Assembly (NCBI GenBank): GCA_017442875.1
Contig: JAFSPN010000046.1
Span: 103,596 to 167,595 of the forward strand
Length of the DNA stretch: 64,000 nucleotides
Direction: 5' to 3'
Origin: Bacilli bacterium
Lineage (GTDB): Bacteria; Bacillota_I; Bacilli_A; RFN20; CAG-826
Shown: piece by piece, positions 29,126 through 37,434 of the stretch
How the letters are laid out: every line of letters starts with the position of its first letter
How positions within the stretch are numbered: position 1 is the first letter of the stretch
The notes under the pieces: model-generated
What the model was told of the DNA's origin: nothing
What the model saw: only the letters and a program-made list of their open reading frames with translations
The model's database searches: none
Translations under genes and position numbers: made by a program

Positions 29126-29712
29126 TATTTTTGAATCTCCTCATTCCATCTATCGATGTCTTCAGGTTGGGCGATGAAAACATAAGGAACATTCCTTTCA
29201 AGTTCGTTATAGTCCAATCCATATCCCACTAAGAAGCAGTTTTCTTTTAAGCGTTTGCCAACATAATCGATTTTGATATCTTCACATCTCGCGTATTCTT
29301 TATCAAACAATGCGCAGATGATGATTCTTTTTGGTTGATAGTTATCGTTTAAATGATCAATGAGATATTTCATAGAAATACCTGTATCCACAACATCTTC
29401 CACCACTACGACTGTGCGGTCTTTGATATCCATATCGAAATCTTTTTTAAGATTAATTTTTCCTGTGGATTGTACACCAGCATAGGAAGAGATTTGAATG
29501 AAATCGGTATAGATTGGTCTATCAATACGCTTGATTAAATCAAACATAAAGTTAAGAGCACCTTTCATGACACCTAAAAACAGAGGAGTTCTTTCTTCGT
29601 TTTCTAGTTCTTTAGAAAGTTTCGCTCCGATATCATTACAGATATCTTGGATTTCTTGTTCGGATAAAACAATTTCACGATTCTCTCGCATAGTCTTTCC
29701 TCCTATTCCCAT
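29125..29712 (-). CDS. hpt: hypoxanthine-guanine phosphoribosyltransferase
   Basis: 195 aa; PRPP motif VVVVEDVVDTGISM; its stop overlaps the xpt ATG (ATGA). Confidence 0.8.
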   Translation of the reverse strand: MGIGGKTMRENREIVLSEQEIQDICNDIGAKLSKELENEERTPLFLGVMKGALNFMFDLIKRIDRPIYTDFIQISSYAGVQSTGKINLKKDFDMDIKDRTVVVVEDVVDTGISMKYLIDHLNDNYQPKRIIICALFDKEYARCEDIKIDYVGKRLKENCFLVGYGLDYNELERNVPYVFIAQPEDIDRWNEEIQK

Positions 29713-30683
29713 TCAATGGTGGCTACTGGCTTATTGCTTAAATCATATAATACACGATTTACGCCTTTAACTTCATTTAATATTCTATCTCTTATTTCCT
29801 CTAAAAGAGCATATGGAATCTCTTCGATAGAAGCAGTGACAGCATCAACGCTGTTGATTGCACGGATAACGACTGGCCATTCAAATGTCCTCTTACCATC
29901 TTTGATACCAGTTGATTTAATTGGTGGAACGATGGTGAAGTATTGCCATACTTTTTGATCTAAACCCGCTTTAGCAAATTCATCTCTTAAAATAGCATCG
30001 CTTTCTCTAACAGCTTCAAGTCTATCACGTGTAATCGCACCAACACATCTCACACCTAAACCTGGACCTGGGAACGGTTGACGATAAACCATAGAACGTG
30101 GTAATCCTAATGCTTCACCAACTTGTCTAACTTCATCTTTATATAATAATTTCACTGGTTCGACGAGTTCAAAGCCGAGTTCTGCTGGGAGACCACCGAC
30201 ATTGTGGTGAGCTTTAATGCCATGGCTTTCTAAAATGTCAGGATAAATAGTGCCTTGGCCCAAGAATGATATACCATCTAGCTTCTTTGCTTCTCTTTTG
30301 AAGACATCGATGAATATTTTTCCGATAATTTTTCTTTTTTGTTCTGGGTCTTCAACACCCGCTAAGTTATCTAAAAATTCATCAACGGCATCGACATAAA
30401 TCAAATTAGCGCCTAATTGTTCTTGAAACACTTTGATGACTTGTTCACTTTCGCCTTTTCTAAGCAAACCATGGTTGACATGGACACATGTTAAGTTGTT
30501 TCCAATAGCTTTAATTAATAAGGCTGCACAAACGGATGAATCGACGCCACCAGATAAAGCTAATAGTACCTTCTTGTCTCCAACTTGTTCTTTAATTTCT
30601 TTTATTTGTTCCGCGATAAAGGCATCTGCTAATTCTTTAGAATTAATGCGCTTCATATTTGGATCTCTGACATTTCCACTCAT
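29703..30683 (-). CDS. guaA: GMP synthase ATP-pyrophosphatase + dimerisation domains only (no glutamine amidotransferase domain)
   Basis: Start MSGNVRDPNMK at 30683 with a GGAGAA RBS. Residues align with E. coli GuaA from about residue 200 to the C-terminus (VLLALSGGVDSSV P-loop, ...PVATIEWE end). There is no GATase-encoding sequence upstream. Confidence 0.8.
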   Translation of the reverse strand: MSGNVRDPNMKRINSKELADAFIAEQIKEIKEQVGDKKVLLALSGGVDSSVCAALLIKAIGNNLTCVHVNHGLLRKGESEQVIKVFQEQLGANLIYVDAVDEFLDNLAGVEDPEQKRKIIGKIFIDVFKREAKKLDGISFLGQGTIYPDILESHGIKAHHNVGGLPAELGFELVEPVKLLYKDEVRQVGEALGLPRSMVYRQPFPGPGLGVRCVGAITRDRLEAVRESDAILRDEFAKAGLDQKVWQYFTIVPPIKSTGIKDGKRTFEWPVVIRAINSVDAVTASIEEIPYALLEEIRDRILNEVKGVNRVLYDLSNKPVATIEWE

Positions 30684-30693
30684 AAAATTCTCC

Positions 30694-31161
30694 TTACCAA
30701 TGAACTTCGTGTATTTTATTAAATAATTTGATAGCCTCAGGTGATGGTTGCTCAAATTTATTAACCAAGATTTCTAGTTGATCGTCTGGCACAATCGAAC
30801 ATTCTTTTCTTTGTTTGTTATAAAAACGGATTTGTTCAAGTGTTCTGGGGAACAACACTAGTTCATAGCGGTCAAATTCAGGATTATCTTTGACATATTT
30901 TTCTCTCAAACTATTTAAATCGTTAAGAGCATCAAGAATAACAGTTACATCGTCATACTTTTTTGCGTATTCGTGAATTCTCAAAGAAAAAAGCTCCCAA
31001 ACTTCTTTTTGTTTCGAAAAGTCTTGCGACTGACCGGTTAATTCAAAGCGAATTTCGTCACTCGAAACAATCAGAGTATGAGGATGCTCTTCTTGATATT
31101 TCTTAGCCCAAGTAGATTTACCACTACCAGGCATAGCAGATAAGACGATTAGTGTTTTCAT
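30694..31161 (-). CDS. small P-loop kinase (NMP-kinase / AAA_33-like fold), first gene of the purine salvage operon
   Basis: About 155 aa from MKTLIVLSAMPGSGKST (Walker A); GGAGG RBS 7 nt upstream. The longer MLEEE ORF start would contain its own RBS. Confidence 0.5.
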   Translation of the reverse strand: MKTLIVLSAMPGSGKSTWAKKYQEEHPHTLIVSSDEIRFELTGQSQDFSKQKEVWELFSLRIHEYAKKYDDVTVILDALNDLNSLREKYVKDNPEFDRYELVLFPRTLEQIRFYNKQRKECSIVPDDQLEILVNKFEQPSPEAIKLFNKIHEVHW

Positions 31162-31220
31162 TTCTTCCTCCAGCATGGTTGAACGAAATAACTATTCCTT
31201 TAGAACTTTCAAATAAATAA

Positions 31221-31262
31221 AAAAGTTCCTATGCAATAATCATAAGATTGTCAGGAACTTTT
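31221..31262. terminator. perfect 10-bp stem bidirectional terminator
   Basis: AAAAGTTCCT-(22 nt loop)-AGGAACTTTT with flanking A and T runs, between the NTP-transferase gene end and the kinase-guaA operon. Confidence 0.55.
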
Positions 31263-31290
31263 ATAAAGTAAAAATTATAAATTTTTTAGA

Positions 31291-32190
31291 TTAATATAAT
31301 CCTGGTTTGTAAACACCTTTATCAACAAGTTCTTTTAAGGCTTTAACAACTCCCGGTTTATCTTCTTTGTAGGTGACACCAAACCATACTGATGGAGTAG
31401 ATAATAGACGCACGGATGCTTTATTTTCATGAACGAGTTCATCCACAACAGTCGGGATTAAGAATTCTGATTTAGGGACATTGATGTTTTCCTTTAGCCA
31501 AAGAGGGAATTTATCTCTTAAAGCAGGAATAAGATCTTTGTTAAAGCAGAACAAATTCATCGACACTAATTGAGAAGGCTCGGTTTCAAAAGTTGGTGCG
31601 CCATCCAAAGGTTCGCAAACAACTTTATTGCCTTTGGCGTAGATACTTGATTCAATTAACTTTGTTAAAAAGCCTTTTTCATCTTCGAAGGCCACACCTC
31701 TTTTAACCGCACCATTTTCAGTCATAGTGTTTTTAGCTTCAAACGCCACAATAGCATATTGGCCTTTGGCGTCTTTTGGTAAAGATTTGAGATATTGATA
31801 AGCGACATCATATGTTTCTTTGCCATAGAAATCGTCACCGTTGATAACAATGAAATCTTCTTTAATGAGGTCACGTGCCGCGTAAATCGCATGAGCGGTG
31901 CCCCATGGTTTTTCTCTACCTTCAGGACATTTAAATCCTTCTGGTAAATCGTTTAAATCTTGGAAAGCATAGTCCACTTTGATAATGCGTTCCGCTCTTT
32001 TGCCGATTGTGTTTTTGAAATCTTCGTAGAAATCTTTCTTAATGATGAAGACGACGCTATCAAATCCAGCGCGTTTTGCATCATAGATGGAATAGTCCAA
32101 GAGGAAGTTGTTATAATCATCCATTGGTTCCATTTGTTTGAGGCCACCAAAGCGGCTACCCATGCCTGCGGCCATAATAACTAGTTGCAT
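31291..32190 (-). CDS. sugar-phosphate nucleotidyltransferase family protein
   Basis: 299 aa; N-terminal MAAGMGSRFGG nucleotidyltransferase signature (GxGxR). Confidence 0.55.
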   Translation of the reverse strand: MQLVIMAAGMGSRFGGLKQMEPMDDYNNFLLDYSIYDAKRAGFDSVVFIIKKDFYEDFKNTIGKRAERIIKVDYAFQDLNDLPEGFKCPEGREKPWGTAHAIYAARDLIKEDFIVINGDDFYGKETYDVAYQYLKSLPKDAKGQYAIVAFEAKNTMTENGAVKRGVAFEDEKGFLTKLIESSIYAKGNKVVCEPLDGAPTFETEPSQLVSMNLFCFNKDLIPALRDKFPLWLKENINVPKSEFLIPTVVDELVHENKASVRLLSTPSVWFGVTYKEDKPGVVKALKELVDKGVYKPGLY

Positions 32191-32205
32191 ATTTTTTTCT
32201 CCTTG

Positions 32206-33150
32206 TTATTTAAAAAATAATGCTGCGGCACCAATCTTGCCAGAATCATACCCTAACTCAGCGGGTAAGATTTTGACTTCAGGTGTCATTTTATATCCAT
32301 AATTACGATCTCTCACATATTGGTTGAGTCTACTAAATAAGTAGTCTCCAGCATTAGCAACACCACCAGAAAGAACAATTGCTTCTGGTCTAAAGATGTT
32401 GCAGTAATTCAAAATGCCTTCACCTAAATATTTGATGTAATTATTTAAAACTTCAATTGCGGCTTCGTCACCTTGCTTTGCGGCTTCAAAGGATACCTTA
32501 CCACCGACCATGTCAATATCTGGACAAATGTTCCACATTAATGATTGTTCGTTATTGAACATGGCTTTCTTTGTTTCACGTATGAGTGCAGTTGCGGATG
32601 CGTACGCCTCTAAGCAACCTTTGCGTCCACATGTGCATTGTTCACCATCGACTTGGACGACCGTATGGCCAAGTTCTCCGCCTTTGCCAAGGTTGCCTTC
32701 GTAGAGTTTTCCATCGATGATAATGCCACCGCCAACGCCAGTACCTAAAGTAAGCATAATGATATTGTTATATTCTTCGCCAGCACCATATTTGGCTTCA
32801 CCAAGCGCCGCTGCGTTAGCATCATTAGTTAGCCTAATTGGATATGAAAGAACCTCATTCATTAAAGCGGCAATAGGAAGATTGTTCCAGCCTAAATTAT
32901 TTGAATATTCGACAACACCGTTTTTGACATCTAAAGTGCCCGGACAGCCGATGCCGATGCCGACGATTTTATCTTCTAATCCAAAGGTAGAGATATAATC
33001 TTTAACAATTTCCGCTAATTTACGAATGGTGATTTCGCCAGGTTCACCTTTTTCACATGGCATAGAAAAGGTTTCATAGACCCTGCCATTAGAATCTACT
33101 GCTGCGCCCTTAATGGACATACCACCAATATCAATACCAATTGCAATCAT
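32206..33150 (-). CDS. glcK: ROK-family glucokinase
   Basis: 314 aa; MIAIGIDIGGMSIKGAAVD; ROK zinc motif CTCGRKGCLEAYAS. Confidence 0.75.
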   Translation of the reverse strand: MIAIGIDIGGMSIKGAAVDSNGRVYETFSMPCEKGEPGEITIRKLAEIVKDYISTFGLEDKIVGIGIGCPGTLDVKNGVVEYSNNLGWNNLPIAALMNEVLSYPIRLTNDANAAALGEAKYGAGEEYNNIIMLTLGTGVGGGIIIDGKLYEGNLGKGGELGHTVVQVDGEQCTCGRKGCLEAYASATALIRETKKAMFNNEQSLMWNICPDIDMVGGKVSFEAAKQGDEAAIEVLNNYIKYLGEGILNYCNIFRPEAIVLSGGVANAGDYLFSRLNQYVRDRNYGYKMTPEVKILPAELGYDSGKIGAAALFFK

Positions 33151-33158
33151 AAAAATAC

Positions 33159-33404
33159 CTACATGTTTAAGTTATAAAAAACAAAATTATTGTTGGTGTC
33201 TATATATCCGACTTCTTTACCTTTAATCATGATATATCCGTCTTCATCGACATAACCAACCTTTTGATTGTTATAGGAAATAACACCATCAGGAGTAATG
33301 TCAGCGAACTTTTGACGATTGATAAAAATGCCTTCACGGTCGATATAACCGATCATTTGTTTTCCTACAAAAACATTCTTACCAAAACACTCGACAATTT
33401 GCAT
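33159..33404 (-). CDS. small protein with four VGYID/GxxxDxxG-type beta-hairpin repeats (WG-repeat-like)
   Basis: About 81 aa from MQIVECF; the ATG is 1 nt after the glmU stop (TAAtATG). Repeats: IGYIDREGIF, ADITPDGVIS, VGYVDEDGYI, VGYIDTNNNF. Confidence 0.4.
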   Translation of the reverse strand: MQIVECFGKNVFVGKQMIGYIDREGIFINRQKFADITPDGVISYNNQKVGYVDEDGYIMIKGKEVGYIDTNNNFVFYNLNM

Positions 33405-33405
33405 A

Positions 33406-34422
33406 TTATTTACCGTGTTTTTCAACAAATGGGCCGACTTTTGCACCGTTTTCGACTTTTATGTCGCTCAAATCAGCAAACAAGATTTCGGCGTCATTTC
33501 CGACTTCAACATCCTTTAAAACAACGTTAGGGCCAATGATACAAGCTTCGCCGATAACGGAGTGTCCAAGGATGGTTGTATTAGGGCGAATGATGGTGTC
33601 TTGACCTATCTTAACGTCTGGCGAAATATATGTTGAACCACTATGATCCATTGATACGCCAGAAAGCATCAAATTGTTATTGATTCTCTTGCGCATAATC
33701 TTTGTGGCGTAAGCTAATTGAATACGATTGTTGATGGAGTAAACTTCTTTCATTTCTTCAGCAACAAAGACACCGACATGGTAATTATCGCTAATCAATA
33801 ATTGAACCAATTCTGATAAATAGAATAAGTGGCGGTTATTATCAACGGACAATCTTTCAATGTATTTAAACAACAATTCGTTATCGATAATACAAATGCC
33901 AGTATTGACTTCGTTGATTTCATATTCACTAAATGTGCAATCGCTTTCTTCTCTAATTGCTAAAATGCGGTTGCTCTTTTCTTCACGAAGTATACGCCCA
34001 TATCCCTTTGGGTTTTCTAAAACCGCCGAAACAACGGTCATATCATATCTATTCTTTTCGTGAATGTGGAAAATTGAACGAAGTGTCTCGGTTTCTACTA
34101 ATGGTGTATCACCGTAAATAACTAATGTTTGTCCTGGCTTTCCTTCTAAGAATGGTTTTGCCTGCAAAACAGCATGACCAGTACCAAGCAGTCTCTTTTG
34201 CCAGACAATGTCTGATTCTCCTTCGACGAGTTTAGCAGTTAATTCGCCACCAAAGCCAACAACAGTAACAATTTGTTTTGGGTCTAATGGCTTAACAGCA
34301 TCAACAACATAGTTAATGATTGGCTTACCTAAAATTGGGTATGATACTTTTGAATGCTCAGGATCGCGAGAATTCATTCCGGTACCTTTACCAGCGGCCA
34401 AAATTACAACATACTTATCCAT
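33406..34422 (-). CDS. glmU: GlmU-like N-acetylglucosamine-1-phosphate uridyltransferase, C-terminally truncated (acetyltransferase region missing)
   Basis: 338 aa; MDKYVVILAAGKGTGM... is collinear with B. subtilis GlmU through the uridyltransferase domain and the first turns of the left-handed beta helix. It ends near the position equivalent to GlmU residue 345. Confidence 0.65.
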   Translation of the reverse strand: MDKYVVILAAGKGTGMNSRDPEHSKVSYPILGKPIINYVVDAVKPLDPKQIVTVVGFGGELTAKLVEGESDIVWQKRLLGTGHAVLQAKPFLEGKPGQTLVIYGDTPLVETETLRSIFHIHEKNRYDMTVVSAVLENPKGYGRILREEKSNRILAIREESDCTFSEYEINEVNTGICIIDNELLFKYIERLSVDNNRHLFYLSELVQLLISDNYHVGVFVAEEMKEVYSINNRIQLAYATKIMRKRINNNLMLSGVSMDHSGSTYISPDVKIGQDTIIRPNTTILGHSVIGEACIIGPNVVLKDVEVGNDAEILFADLSDIKVENGAKVGPFVEKHGK

Positions 34423-34432
34423 AGTAGTCTCC

Positions 34433-35287
34433 TTATTTCATAACTTTAGTTAATTCAACTTGATATTTATCTTCAAGCTTTTTGAAAACTCTTTTTAAGA
34501 GTTGTTTATCAGTACTTAAAGCAAAAACAGCAGAACCAGATCCTGTTACTTGCACCATTTTCAAACCTTCTGAATGTAATTCGTCAATAATTGCTTGAAT
34601 GGCAGGCACCAATTTAATAGCGGGTTCTTGTAAGGCGTTTGAGATGTTGGCTTCAAGCAATTCGTCATCGCCGTTTTCTAAAGCTTTGACAACATTATCG
34701 ATATTGGTAACCTTAAGATCCATACTATCTGAGATGCTATAAACTTCTCTAGTTGAGCAACCGATTTCTGGTTTAACTAATAGCACGTAGTAGTTATTTT
34801 TTACAGTAATTGGATTCAATATTTCACCAACACCTTGCACTCTAGCGGGTTTGCATTTGATAAAAAATGGTATGTCACAACCGAGAGTTTTTGATAGTTC
34901 AATTAATTCTTCATCACTAGCACCGAGTTTGAGCATTGCGTTAACTGCTTTCAAGGTGCAAGCGGCATTAGAAGATCCGCCTCCAAGACCAGCTTGGATT
35001 GGGATAACCTTATGAATTAAAATTCTGAACTTGTCTTTGAAACGATATTTGCTTTGCAACCTCTCAATTGCAAACGTTGCTAAATTATAACTAAATGTGC
35101 CAATCGAAAAATCATCAACTGTCACGAAATTATCGGTCGCATTACTTAATTTAGATATTACCAAAGAATCATGTAATGCAATTGGCAACATGACTGAATC
35201 TAGTTCGTGAAAACCATCATCTCTTTTTTTGGTAATGTTTAAACTAATATTGATTTTGGCAAAACTACGAACATGTAAACTTTTCAT
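34433..35287 (-). CDS. ispE: 4-diphosphocytidyl-2-C-methyl-D-erythritol kinase
   Basis: Start MKSLHVRSFAKINISLNI (ATG 35285-35287); GHMP kinase motif PIQAGLGGGSSNAA. Confidence 0.8.
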   Translation of the reverse strand: MKSLHVRSFAKINISLNITKKRDDGFHELDSVMLPIALHDSLVISKLSNATDNFVTVDDFSIGTFSYNLATFAIERLQSKYRFKDKFRILIHKVIPIQAGLGGGSSNAACTLKAVNAMLKLGASDEELIELSKTLGCDIPFFIKCKPARVQGVGEILNPITVKNNYYVLLVKPEIGCSTREVYSISDSMDLKVTNIDNVVKALENGDDELLEANISNALQEPAIKLVPAIQAIIDELHSEGLKMVQVTGSGSAVFALSTDKQLLKRVFKKLEDKYQVELTKVMK

Positions 35288-35336
35288 AGGGCACTTACTA
35301 TGATACCGCATATTAAAATAAATTTTAAGACCGGTT

Positions 35337-36149
35337 TTATTGTTTGTTGGAAAGATATTCTGAGATGGAAAAATAAATTTCAGGCGATAACTGTTCTGGC
35401 CGTGACAAAGGATTGATGTTTAAATCTATACAAAGTTTATTGGCTAAATCTTTATTTTTTAAATAATTCACAAGATTGTTAAGGATTGTTTTGCGACGAT
35501 TTATAAATAATTGTTTGGCCACTTTAAAAGCATTTATGGCTGAAAAATAGTCGACACGTGTATCAATATTTATAGCAAAAACAGTCGAATTGCATTTAGG
35601 GACGGGATAGAAAGATCCTGCTTTAACAACAAACAATTTTTCAATATTGCCCAATAAATGTATTAAAACAGAAGTTGGGCCATATTCTTTTCCTTTTGTA
35701 TCTGCAAAATGGGCGAATGTTTCACTTTGAATCATGAACACCATTCTTTTGGCGTTTTTGGCGTTTTGTAAAAAATATTGTATTGTTTCTGTTGTAATGT
35801 TGTAGGGTAAATTACCAATCACTTTTGAACATTTTGAAATATCGAATTTTCTAATATCGTTTTCGACAATTTTTACATTAGAATTTTGATAAACTATATT
35901 CAAAAAATCAATCATTCTTTTATCTATATCGATTGCGGTTACATCGCATTTTTTCAAAGATAAAAAGTGTGTTAAAGAGCCAAGTCCTGGACCTACTTCT
36001 ATAACTGTGTCGCTTTCTTTTAAATCTAATGCATCCACAATCTTTTCTGAAATTTGTGGTTCCACTAAAAAGTTTTGGCCATAATCCTTATCAGGTTTTA
36101 GGTCTGCTTTATTAACTATTTCAAAAATATTAGATCTATTGATTTCCAT
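35337..36149 (-). CDS. rsmA: 16S rRNA (adenine1518/1519-N6)-dimethyltransferase
   Basis: 270 aa; SAM motif VIEVGPGLGSLT; KsgA family. Confidence 0.8.
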   Translation of the reverse strand: MEINRSNIFEIVNKADLKPDKDYGQNFLVEPQISEKIVDALDLKESDTVIEVGPGLGSLTHFLSLKKCDVTAIDIDKRMIDFLNIVYQNSNVKIVENDIRKFDISKCSKVIGNLPYNITTETIQYFLQNAKNAKRMVFMIQSETFAHFADTKGKEYGPTSVLIHLLGNIEKLFVVKAGSFYPVPKCNSTVFAINIDTRVDYFSAINAFKVAKQLFINRRKTILNNLVNYLKNKDLANKLCIDLNINPLSRPEQLSPEIYFSISEYLSNKQ

Positions 36150-36154
36150 TATGT

Positions 36155-36667
36155 TTACTTTATTATCTCATAAAGCTGCTCTAATTTGATGTTATTATTA
36201 AGCAACCTTTTATACATGGTTTTAGCGTTGCATTTTCCCAATTTTAATTTTTGGCATACATCGTCTCTGAGAGCCTTGTTATCCATTAATCCTAATATAT
36301 ATAAATCATTTATTGTAATATCAGATTTTAAAACTCTATTATCAACGATAAATGGTTTTAACTTTGTTAATATTTCATCGATATCGCATTCAGCAACTCC
36401 GTTTTTATTATTTCTAATGCATTTTTTTATATCAACTTCAGCATTAACACAATTTGGTAACAATTCATTAAGTCTTTGTCTTATTTTTATTCCGGCATCA
36501 TCTGGATCAGTAAGCACAATTGCTCTTTTATCTTTTAAATAAGTAATTGTGTCTTTCGGAATATCAAAACCGTTTGTTACCACAATTTCTGAGGCGATGT
36601 AATTTGAAAGATAGGAAGAATCTTCTTTTCCTTCAACCACCAATATTCCATCTAAATAGATTTTCAT
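36155..36667 (-). CDS. rnmV: ribonuclease M5 (Toprim domain, 5S rRNA maturase)
   Basis: 170 aa; Toprim motifs VVEGKED...LTDPDDAG; conserved position next to rsmA. Confidence 0.7.
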   Translation of the reverse strand: MKIYLDGILVVEGKEDSSYLSNYIASEIVVTNGFDIPKDTITYLKDKRAIVLTDPDDAGIKIRQRLNELLPNCVNAEVDIKKCIRNNKNGVAECDIDEILTKLKPFIVDNRVLKSDITINDLYILGLMDNKALRDDVCQKLKLGKCNAKTMYKRLLNNNIKLEQLYEIIK

Positions 36668-37434
36668 AAATTAAATAGCTTGCAGGAGTTTTGATATAAA
36701 ACATCGAGTAGATGCTTTTTTGACATATCTCTAATTCTAGCAATTTCATCAATTATTAATGATATGTTTGCAGGCTCATTAACAGTGCCTCTTAAAGGAT
36801 GTGGGGAAAGATAAGGGCAATCAGTTTCAACTACCAATTTATCAAGTGGCACTTCAGCCGCAACTTCCTTTGGGGTTTTAGAATTTGTAAAGGTCACAGG
36901 ACCGTCAAGACCAATATACAATCCGAGGTTAAAAATTTCATTCAATCCTTCGACACTCCCAGAGTAACAATGCATTACCCCACCATGAAGCGGTCTATGT
37001 TCTTTGAGTATTTCAAGAGTGTCATTAAAGGCTTCTCTGCTATGAATTGAAATTGGTAATCCTACTTTATTAGCAAATTCAATTTGTTTTACAAAGTAAA
37101 GTTTTTGAAGTTCGCGCTTTTCTGGTTCTTTTGTCCAATGATAATCCAAACCAATTTCACCGATACCTACAACTTTAGGGTGCTTATATAAATTCAAAGT
37201 ATCATACAAGATATCATCATCAATATCAAAGATATTCTCAGGATGAAAACCTATGACAGCATATATAAAATCGTATTGATCAGCCAGTTTGATAGCCAAT
37301 TCTGAACTAGCCTTATCCCAGCCTATGACTATCATTTTTTCTACTCCGACTTTTTGAGCACGAGAAATAACTCCATCTAAATCTTTGAGGAGATTATCAT
37401 CATTTAAGTGACAATGGGTATCAATTATCTTCAT
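36664..37434 (-). CDS. tatD: TatD-family metal-dependent DNase/hydrolase
   Basis: 256 aa; MKIIDTHCHLNDD and conserved TatD motifs. Confidence 0.8.
   Translation of the reverse strand: MKIIDTHCHLNDDNLLKDLDGVISRAQKVGVEKMIVIGWDKASSELAIKLADQYDFIYAVIGFHPENIFDIDDDILYDTLNLYKHPKVVGIGEIGLDYHWTKEPEKRELQKLYFVKQIEFANKVGLPISIHSREAFNDTLEILKEHRPLHGGVMHCYSGSVEGLNEIFNLGLYIGLDGPVTFTNSKTPKEVAAEVPLDKLVVETDCPYLSPHPLRGTVNEPANISLIIDEIARIRDMSKKHLLDVLYQNSCKLFNL

Noticed and set aside
31177-31290. Purine riboswitch upstream of the kinase-guaA-hpt-xpt operon
   Set aside because: The 5' region is short and mostly occupied by a 10-bp-stem terminator hairpin; no P1/P2/P3 aptamer pattern was found.
33159-33446. Full 95-aa version of the small repeat protein overlapping the glmU 3' end
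   Set aside because: The first 14 codons overlap glmU. An internal ATG placed 1 nt after the glmU stop (TAAtATG coupling) gives the more plausible 81-aa product.
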